Part shown: piece after piece, positions 15,080-22,168 of the stretch
How the letters are laid out: each line of letters starts with the position of its first letter
How positions within the stretch are numbered: position 1 is the first letter of the stretch
Assembly: GCA_044892525.1 (NCBI GenBank)
Contig: CM097885.1
Location: 248,682,001 to 248,746,000, forward strand
Direction: 5' to 3'
Source of the DNA: Schmidtea polychroa
Lineage: Eukaryota
DNA: 64,000 nt
The notes under the pieces: model-generated
What the model saw: only the letters and a program-made list of their open reading frames with translations
The model's database searches: none
Told to the model about the DNA's origin: nothing
Position numbers and translations under genes: made by a program

Positions 15080-15412
15080 TTTAGTGAGGAATCTATGCAC
15101 CCCAGCACCCCAACCCTAAAAAAAAACAGCGCTATTGACCCATATTTTCCACATTTATATGCTTTTTTACCCCATATTCTTCACTTTTTTTAACTTTTAA
15201 ACTTTGTCCCCTATTGCCATTAACCCTTAATTTCTTCCCTTAAAAGTAAAAAAGTTCGGAATAGATGTATTTATAGATTAGTAATTCCGAGAAAAGGTAA
15301 CGGGGTGCATAGATTCCTCACTACTTGGTCTTAAGGATTTAATGTTATAAGGATTTAATGTTATAAGAATATCAGATTACCTAATTCATAATGATCTAGA
15401 TCGCCTGATCAC
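15080..15412 (+). repeat. Left terminal inverted repeat of the Polinton
   Basis: Reverse complement of 29734-30066. The first two bases are TT instead of AG. Confidence 0.95.
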
Positions 15413-15732
15413 CTTAAGGTTTTGAAAGTTTTAAAAATAAAAAATTTTATGAAAATAGTAAAACTGCTCTATGGTGGTATTTTTTTTTTTTTTTTCACTG
15501 TCCCCTCAACAGTTTTTTTTGATCCGGATCATTTTTTTTTATTTATCAACCTCTTTCGTTTATCAAATCTCTTCCAATATACAAGCTGGCCAGACTCATA
15601 CATCAGAATCAATCCGATAATAGCAGCACGCCTTATTATTCGCTTCTCGCTCACGAAGTCGATTTCAACGGTGTTTTAAGCGTGCTGCTCGAAAGTACAA
15701 ATGAATTCGAAAGCGAATCCGAAAGAGGTCCG

Positions 15733-15824
15733 AAAACAACCAAGAAATAAATGTGCACATTATAGAATCGATCCGGGGGTGTTCGAAAGACAGGTGGCGA
15801 TAATTACCGGTTCGCCACCATCAC
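15733..15824 (-). ncRNA. Probable fourth tRNA-like Pol III unit (degenerate boxes), possibly extending into the hairpin region 15580-15730
   Basis: A-box-like TGGCGAACCGG starting at 15817 and B-box-like GGATCGATTCT at 15774-15764. It sits in register (232 bp) with the other three units, contains a GGTGGCGA/TCGCCACC hairpin and has only a weak T4 at 15736-15733. Confidence 0.45.
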
Positions 15825-15974
15825 CCGTTTCAATATTTTTTTTTTCATATTTATGTTTAAAAAATAATTAATTAATAAAAAAATAAAATAAAATAAAATA
15901 AAATATACAAGTACTTTATAAATATAAGATACCCACACTATTATTTTCAAATTTTTAATATTATTTTTATGTTG

Positions 15975-16056
15975 AAAAAAAACTAACCACAGTTAGGATT
16001 TGAACCGCTATCTATTTGAACCACTGTGCCGGTCTAGCCCACTGCGCCATCAAGGT
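15975..16056 (-). ncRNA. tRNA-like Pol III unit 1 (74 nt plus T8)
   Basis: A box TGGCGCAGTGG at tRNA positions 8-19, B box GGTTCAAATCC (16006-15996), T8 terminator (15982-15975). Cloverleaf stems are poor. It carries a second A-like box (CGGCACAGTGG) and a second B-like box (GGTTCAAATAG). Confidence 0.72.
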
Positions 16057-16215
16057 TTGAATTTTTGTCATTTTTTAGACTATAAATAATCGATTCAAGT
16101 TAAAACGTTTTTGATCTTAAATTTCCAAGAGTTGCCGTTGACCAATCACCTTTAAAATTTGTACAAGTACTAAATCGAGTATGCTGATCAATATTTTGTT
16201 TAAAAAAAAAATTTG

Positions 16216-16296
16216 AAAAAAAATGACCGAAATGGGATTTGAACCCATTGGTATTGGCAATGCAGTCGAGTGCTATTACCACTAAGCTATTAGAGC
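16216..16296 (-). ncRNA. tRNA-like Pol III unit 2 (73 nt plus T8), tRNA-Cys(GCA)-like
   Basis: A box TAGCTTAGTGG, D-stem GCT/AGC, GACTGCA anticodon-loop motif as in tRNA-Cys, perfect T-arm AATGGG-TTCAAAT-CCCATT and T8 terminator. Acceptor and anticodon stems are broken. Confidence 0.78.
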
Positions 16297-16458
16297 TATG
16301 CTCAATATAAAATAAGTTGTTAATGTGTGACTATTTATTGATGAAATTAATAATTAATTATTCATTTTCTCGACAACTACCACTCAGATCCATCATAAAA
16401 TTTAAATATATACTAAAATCAGTACGCTGAATCAGATTCCGTTGAAAAAAAAATATCG

Positions 16459-16540
16459 AAAAAAATTGACCAAAATCGAAAATTGAACCCGGTACTCCCG
16501 GTGATAAAATTGAAGCCTATTCCCACTCCGCTATAATGGC
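16459..16540 (-). ncRNA. tRNA-like Pol III unit 3 (75 nt plus T7), tRNA-Asp/Glu-like
   Basis: A box TAGCGGAGTGG; TCACCGGGAGTACCGGGTTCAATT resembles the tRNA-Asp/Glu variable and T-arm region; the B box is degenerate at its 3' end; T7 terminator. Confidence 0.68.
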
Positions 16541-16596
16541 TTACATAATATATTTAATTAATCCTATTGTGTGTGTGTAAATTTTAATATATAAAA

Positions 16597-17889
16597 ATGA
16601 ATAATATAAATCTTAAAATTCAAGAAAAAAATAAATTAAATCTTGATTATAATAAAGAATTTACTCATGAAATCAAGAAAAACGATGTACTTAAAATCTC
16701 CCCAACTTCAGGATCTATTGCAAACTTAAATCGTAGGGGTGATATAGTTTTTCAATCTCTTCAAACATCAAACCCTATAGATATTTGTAATGCCAAATTA
16801 TATTATAAAATCGAATTAGAAATTGAAGCAAACAAAGATATAACCCTAGAAAATAATTTCTTTCCAAATTTATTCTCCAACATGAGATTAAAACTAGGAT
16901 CATCAGAAATTGAAACTGTTTTGCATCCGGGAGTATATTCTACAATGTTAAATTTTATTTTGACTGGTTGTGATTATAAAAACGAATATGGTGAATTAAC
17001 AGGTTGGATTCCTGATGTTAATAAAGGGGATTTAGATAAAGATGGTTTAGATGTAAACCATGGTTACCATAAAAGAGCTGAACTTTATAAATCTAAAAAA
17101 TTTGAAGGTTATTTTGAATTAAAACACTTGTTTGGATTCCTTCAAAACTATAATCGTATACTTCATAATGTTTTTATAGAATTCATCTGTAATAGAGTAG
17201 AAGGTGATAAAAGATTGTTCTATGGAGCTGTAGATACAAAAGCTAAATTAAAATTATCAACACTTGAATTACATATACCTGAATGGACATTAAACCCACA
17301 TTCTGAGATTAAACTCCTTGAAAGATTAAATTCCAACAAGTCTATAAATGTAAATTATTTAAATAGAATCTGTAGTGAATTTAGTATGACAGAGGGTTCA
17401 ACATATTCTATAAAGGTAGCAAATTTAGCATACCGACCAAGATATATCTTGATTGGATTCAAAGAAGTAGATTCATCTTTCCAAAAAAATAACAACTTGT
17501 TTATTCAAAAGATTGGAGTTGATAATTTAAAAACAATCCAAATTCAATTAAATAGTTCTTATTATCCAATAAATAGAATGGAATTTAATATTGAAAATAA
17601 TGAAAACATATTCCCATATCTAAATTATATTGAAACATGTTATGATTTCAAAGTTGAACCGCAATTAAGTTTAGAAGATTTCAAAAATTTATATTCTATA
17701 TTTTGTATAAATGTTTCAGACCAAGATGATCGCCTAGCCATAAATAATGTTGATGTTACACTTCATGTAACAAAGGATTCTAATTTTAAAGCTAAAGTAT
17801 ATACATTAATATTAGAAGAAAAGAAAATAGAAATGAAATTATATGGTGGAAAGATTTCAATAATCGAAAATGTTAGGGGAGATTCTTGA
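16597..17889 (+). CDS. Major capsid protein (double jelly-roll type, 430 aa)
   Basis: Size, beta-rich pattern and Polinton MCP-like motifs (LNRRGDIVF, ENNFFPNLFSNMRLKLG, FGFLQNYNRIL, RPRYILIGF, IFCINVS), within a Polinton virion module. Confidence 0.85.
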   Translation: MNNINLKIQEKNKLNLDYNKEFTHEIKKNDVLKISPTSGSIANLNRRGDIVFQSLQTSNPIDICNAKLYYKIELEIEANKDITLENNFFPNLFSNMRLKLGSSEIETVLHPGVYSTMLNFILTGCDYKNEYGELTGWIPDVNKGDLDKDGLDVNHGYHKRAELYKSKKFEGYFELKHLFGFLQNYNRILHNVFIEFICNRVEGDKRLFYGAVDTKAKLKLSTLELHIPEWTLNPHSEIKLLERLNSNKSINVNYLNRICSEFSMTEGSTYSIKVANLAYRPRYILIGFKEVDSSFQKNNNLFIQKIGVDNLKTIQIQLNSSYYPINRMEFNIENNENIFPYLNYIETCYDFKVEPQLSLEDFKNLYSIFCINVSDQDDRLAINNVDVTLHVTKDSNFKAKVYTLILEEKKIEMKLYGGKISIIENVRGDS

Positions 17890-17918
17890 TATAATCCCTG
17901 ATATTTTAACATTTTAAA

Positions 17919-19328
17919 ATGTCTTTAAATAAATATTGGAGATGTGAAACTTGTAATTGTCAAGTTACAAGACATCATAAAGCAAGCCATCTTAAAACTA
18001 AAAAACATACAGTAGGTGACCTAATTCCACGAGCTGGAGGCGATTTGCAATCTTCAAAAACAACATCTTCAATATTAAAACCTTTTACTACAGAAAAATA
18101 TCCAGGTGAAAGACATTTATTTAAACACAACTATACTGGACCAGGAACAAGATTAGATATTAGATTAGATGAAAATAATAATCCCAAACAAGGAGAAGAA
18201 CCAATAAATAGAATTGATCAAGCAGCTTTAAAACATGACATTGCATACAATTCAACAAATCTTAGAGATAGACATGTTGCAGATGTGAATTTAATACATG
18301 ATTTAAATAGTATCCAAAATCCATCAACCCAAGAAAAGATTCAAAGAGCTCTAGTTAAATTAGCAATGAAAGGTAAGATTTTCATAGGCTTAGGACACAG
18401 TCCGATCACCATGGGTGCAAGACTTCCTAGGAAAGCAAAAGATGTTGCTTATAAAAAGATTATCGAACAAGCAGAGATTGAAAGATCCCTCGAGAGTACA
18501 GCCAAGACTAGTTTACAAACCCCAACAGAATCAGAAATAAAATATGCAAAGGAATTACACCATGAATTTAGAAAAAATAAAAAATATTTAAAAGTTCAAG
18601 TACATGAAAAAGATCAAACATGGTCTGCAGATTTAGTCTTTATGCCCAAATCATCAGACCCTGAAAAATATAAAATAATTTTAACTGTAATAGATTTATA
18701 TACAAGATTTGCTTTTGCAAGATGTTTAGAAAATAAAACAGGATATTCTATTACAGAAGCATTTGAAAATATATTTGAAGAAAATCAAAGAATCCCAAAA
18801 TATTTATGGTGTGATAAAGGAACAGAATTTTATAACAAAGTTTTTACAAAGTTTTTAAATGAAAATGATATTAAATTATATTCAACAGAAAACGAAGGAA
18901 AAGCAGTCGTAGTTGAAAGATTAAATAGAACATTAAAAAATAAAATGTGGAAATATTTTACTGCTATTGGAAAACAAAAATGGAACAATGAATTGTTACA
19001 AAAGATTGTAAATGAATATAATAATGATGTACATAGTTCTATAAAATTAACACCTTTAAATGCTTCCATGAAGCCTGAAACCATTAAAGTGGTAAATATT
19101 GAAAATGATGTTATTGAAAAACCAAAGTTTAAAATTGGTGACCGAGTAAGAATATTTAAATATAAAAATAAATTTGAAAAAGGATTCACAGCAAAATGGA
19201 CAAATGAAATTTTTATTATAAATAAAATACATTATACAACTCCAATAACATATAGCATCTTTGATTTAAATAATGAAAAAATATTAGGTAGATTTTATAA
19301 TAATGAACTACAGAAAACAGATTTTTAA
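17919..19328 (+). CDS. Zinc finger + parvovirus-type phospholipase A2 + retroviral-like DDE integrase fusion (469 aa)
   Basis: N-terminal C-x2-C-x11-H-x5-H. PLA2 calcium loop YTGPG and catalytic DQAALKHDIAY. Integrase core WSAD, CDKGTEF and VVERLNRTLK (D-D-E intact). C-terminal FKIGDRVR SH3-like domain. Confidence 0.93.
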   Translation: MSLNKYWRCETCNCQVTRHHKASHLKTKKHTVGDLIPRAGGDLQSSKTTSSILKPFTTEKYPGERHLFKHNYTGPGTRLDIRLDENNNPKQGEEPINRIDQAALKHDIAYNSTNLRDRHVADVNLIHDLNSIQNPSTQEKIQRALVKLAMKGKIFIGLGHSPITMGARLPRKAKDVAYKKIIEQAEIERSLESTAKTSLQTPTESEIKYAKELHHEFRKNKKYLKVQVHEKDQTWSADLVFMPKSSDPEKYKIILTVIDLYTRFAFARCLENKTGYSITEAFENIFEENQRIPKYLWCDKGTEFYNKVFTKFLNENDIKLYSTENEGKAVVVERLNRTLKNKMWKYFTAIGKQKWNNELLQKIVNEYNNDVHSSIKLTPLNASMKPETIKVVNIENDVIEKPKFKIGDRVRIFKYKNKFEKGFTAKWTNEIFIINKIHYTTPITYSIFDLNNEKILGRFYNNELQKTDF

Positions 19329-19339
19329 GTCGACAAGCC

Positions 19340-20131
19340 CTAAAACAAACTTTTCCATATTTCAGCTTCTTCTCTATCCAAATAAATATAATTATATTTT
19401 TCTTTCCAATGATTATCAACAAACATATCAAACATATTCTTATCAGGTTCAACATTTGAAAATAAATCATTATAAATCATATTCTTATCACGGCGATCTA
19501 ATTTAAAAAATATAAAACAATTGGAATTATTTCTTATTGAATTTTTATCTAAAGCATAATATGTTTGAGATATATAAATAACATTACAATTATTATGTCG
19601 ACCTCGTGTAAAGTAACTCTTTTGAATCTCTTGATTTTTCATATTAACAACATCATCAAATATAACTAGATTCTTTTTATCTTTAGGAAGTAAATCACAA
19701 TGTAAAACATCTTCAGGTTTATTAGAGAATAAAACTTGAATTGCCTCCTGCCCTTCTTCACAAATATAATCATTTTTATTACTAATATCTGATTCTAAAA
19801 TCTTTTCCTTATACCAATCAACCATATCACAAGGTTGAAAAACTTCTTCAGGACACCTATGTTGATTTTTAAAAATATCAATTATTGCTTTTTTAGTTAA
19901 TTTATTTTCAAATCCACATTTCAAAAGTTGTAATTCTGGTTGATTTATGGTTGTAGAATAAAAGATTAAATTATTATAATCTAAAAAATCATCTTCAAGT
20001 AACATTCTCAAAACAAGTACATTCTTTCCACATCCAGAAGAACCAACAATTAATAATCTAAAATTATCAGGAAATACTTTATTATTGAATTTACTCTTAT
20101 GTCTATTTAAAATTGGTTTCCAAGTATCCAT
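19340..20131 (-). CDS. A32/FtsK-like DNA packaging ATPase (263 aa)
   Basis: Walker A GSSGCGKN, Walker B LVIFDD, and the RGRHNNCNVIYISQ arginine-finger/sensor motif. Confidence 0.92.
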   Translation of the reverse strand: MDTWKPILNRHKSKFNNKVFPDNFRLLIVGSSGCGKNVLVLRMLLEDDFLDYNNLIFYSTTINQPELQLLKCGFENKLTKKAIIDIFKNQHRCPEEVFQPCDMVDWYKEKILESDISNKNDYICEEGQEAIQVLFSNKPEDVLHCDLLPKDKKNLVIFDDVVNMKNQEIQKSYFTRGRHNNCNVIYISQTYYALDKNSIRNNSNCFIFFKLDRRDKNMIYNDLFSNVEPDKNMFDMFVDNHWKEKYNYIYLDREEAEIWKSLF

Positions 20132-20147
20132 TTTTATTTATTATAAA

Positions 20148-20726
20148 ATGACAACTGAAGAATCTTTGCAAGAATTAATAAATTCAAATAAAAATAAATC
20201 AGTTGTAATTGATGGTAAAAAATATTTTATTGGAAAACATGTAAAAGAACAAGTTAGAGCGAAGCTCCACGAAGCTAAAGAAGGTGGCATTCTTCCATTA
20301 GCTGCTTTAATACCTGCAATCATTGCTGGTTTATCAGGTGCTGCTGGAATAGCTGGAGGAATTGCAACTACAGTTCAAAAAGCTAAAGAATCTCAAAAGA
20401 CAGACCTAGAAAAAGAAAAACTACAAACTGAAATCGATTCAATGAAGAAGGTAGGGCAAGCTAAAGGGGGAGTGTCCGTTGGAAAGGGTCTCTATCTTAA
20501 TCCATATGAGGGGAGTCGGCAAAAGTCTCAGGGCAAAGGTCTCTATCTTGATCCTTATAAAGGTAGAGGTTTAAATGATTTTTTAAAAAATCAAATTTCT
20601 ACATCTGAATCTTTATCTTCAAAAGATAAAGAAGATTTAAAAAAAATATGTAAATCTTTAAAGAATGGATGCCTTTGTAAAACTAAAAATGGTAAAGGAT
20701 TATACTTGAAGCCCTTCAAACTATGA
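20148..20726 (+). CDS. Putative virion core protein with an adenovirus pX-like segment (about 192 aa, ATG at 20148)
   Basis: GGILPLAALIPAIIAG resembles adenovirus pX GGILPLLIPLIAAAIG. There are three GKGLYLxP(Y/F) repeats. The start lies in the element's AAAATG context. Confidence 0.7.
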   Translation: MTTEESLQELINSNKNKSVVIDGKKYFIGKHVKEQVRAKLHEAKEGGILPLAALIPAIIAGLSGAAGIAGGIATTVQKAKESQKTDLEKEKLQTEIDSMKKVGQAKGGVSVGKGLYLNPYEGSRQKSQGKGLYLDPYKGRGLNDFLKNQISTSESLSSKDKEDLKKICKSLKNGCLCKTKNGKGLYLKPFKL

Positions 20727-20748
20727 TACCATTTTTGATACCATTAAA

Positions 20749-21633
20749 ATGGTATATGAAGAAAGATTAGCACTTTTAAAAAAATTACAATCAGAACAAG
20801 ATAAATATAATAAAAAAGATACAACTCAACATGCTGAATCTATAATATTAAATGAGGTAATAACACAACAACAGGGGCCAACAATTAAAGCTATAAAAGA
20901 GTTGGAAGATTTCAATGAGCAAGCAAAATTTAAAGAGTTAGAAGATAAAAAACAAAAAATAAAAGAACTAGAGTGGCAGGATAAAGAAAAAGAATCCAGT
21001 GAAAACCATCCTGAAAGTCATTCTGAAAGAAATCAAAGAAAACGCAGAAGAATTTCTAATGTGGAAGAAGAAGAAATGTTTTTAAAAACAAAACCTCTTA
21101 AAGTTGATCCTAAAATTAGAGATGATTTACCTCCTTCAATTAGACCCACATTTAATACTAATACTGAAGGATATCAAATAATAACAATTAATAAACAAAA
21201 CTTTACTTTATATTCAAATTCAGAAAATAAATCACGTATTCATTCACAAAATGTTTATAATAATGAATATTTAGACTTTGAATTTACAGATGATTTTTAT
21301 AGATTACTTTGTGGATATTCTTCAGATGATGTTGAAGAAATTAAAAAATATTTAAATTTAATAAAATTAATAAGAGCTAGTTCTAAAGCAAAATATATTC
21401 AAGATTTAAAGAATTATTTAAATAAAAATGAAAAGGGTTATGTTGTTACAGAGGGAGAGGGATTAATTAGTGAAGGAAATCCCATCAATCTTTTTATTGA
21501 ATTAAGAAAACTATTAGCTGCAAGGAAAGCAGGACATAATAATTTAGATTCTGATATTTTAAAGATTTCTAAAGATTTGTTAAAACAAGGAATAATTTCA
21601 AAAGATAAATTTAATAAGTATACGAAGTTATAA
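20749..21633 (+). CDS. Polinton uncharacterised protein (294 aa)
   Basis: Intact ORF in the gene array. The C-terminal GEGL...ELRKLLAARKAGHNN...LLKQGIIS motif resembles a recurrent Maverick accessory protein. Basic RKRRR patch. Confidence 0.7.
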   Translation: MVYEERLALLKKLQSEQDKYNKKDTTQHAESIILNEVITQQQGPTIKAIKELEDFNEQAKFKELEDKKQKIKELEWQDKEKESSENHPESHSERNQRKRRRISNVEEEEMFLKTKPLKVDPKIRDDLPPSIRPTFNTNTEGYQIITINKQNFTLYSNSENKSRIHSQNVYNNEYLDFEFTDDFYRLLCGYSSDDVEEIKKYLNLIKLIRASSKAKYIQDLKNYLNKNEKGYVVTEGEGLISEGNPINLFIELRKLLAARKAGHNNLDSDILKISKDLLKQGIISKDKFNKYTKL

Positions 21634-21655
21634 ATACGAAGTTTTAAAATACAAA

Positions 21656-22120
21656 ATGACTCCTTCAATATTAGATTTTTTAAAAACATTTGGAATAAAT
21701 GCAAAAACAAATTTTGATTTAAAAGATTATGCAAATTATTTAAATTTAAAAATTAAAATATTAATGAATGATGAATTATCAAGTCTGGAGAGTCCCCTGA
21801 ATATAATAATCAATTATCAAAATTCAAATGAAAAAGGATCTCATTGGGTTTGTATATATAAGAAATCTATCTACTTTGATTCTTTTGGGATTAAACCTAC
21901 TAAAGAAGTTGAAGATTATCTCTTGAGGGGTTCTCCGATTGATTCCCCAAATGGTTATACTTTTAACTCTTTACAAGTTCAACCTTTGAATACTAAAATA
22001 TGTGGTATTTTAAGTTTATATGTTTTGTATAGATTGAATAAGGGAGAGGGAAAGGGGCATACGCAGGATTTTGAATCTATAATTCAAGAAATTTATAATG
22101 ATCTAGAATCTCTACTATAA
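21656..22120 (+). CDS. Adenain-like cysteine protease (154 aa)
   Basis: GSHWV (His), YFDSFG (Asp) and VQPLNTKICG (Gln, Cys) catalytic motifs. Confidence 0.93.
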   Translation: MTPSILDFLKTFGINAKTNFDLKDYANYLNLKIKILMNDELSSLESPLNIIINYQNSNEKGSHWVCIYKKSIYFDSFGIKPTKEVEDYLLRGSPIDSPNGYTFNSLQVQPLNTKICGILSLYVLYRLNKGEGKGHTQDFESIIQEIYNDLESLL

Positions 22121-22168
22121 GGATTTTTACTATAAGAATTTTTACTATATGAATTTACTACTAAAGAA

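Noticed and set aside
15540-15760. Hammerhead ribozyme suggested by CTGATG and GAAA motifs
   Set aside because: There is no CUGANGA core in the right order and strand with GAAA and three stems.
15975-16540. Calling the tRNA-like units functional tRNAs (Cys-GCA, or a UUA suppressor for unit 3)
   Set aside because: Acceptor and anticodon stems do not pair; only promoter boxes, one T-arm and terminators are preserved.
20085-20147. TTG-initiated 21-codon N-terminal extension of the core protein
   Set aside because: It overlaps the ATPase start on the other strand; the ATG at 20148 fits the element's start context.
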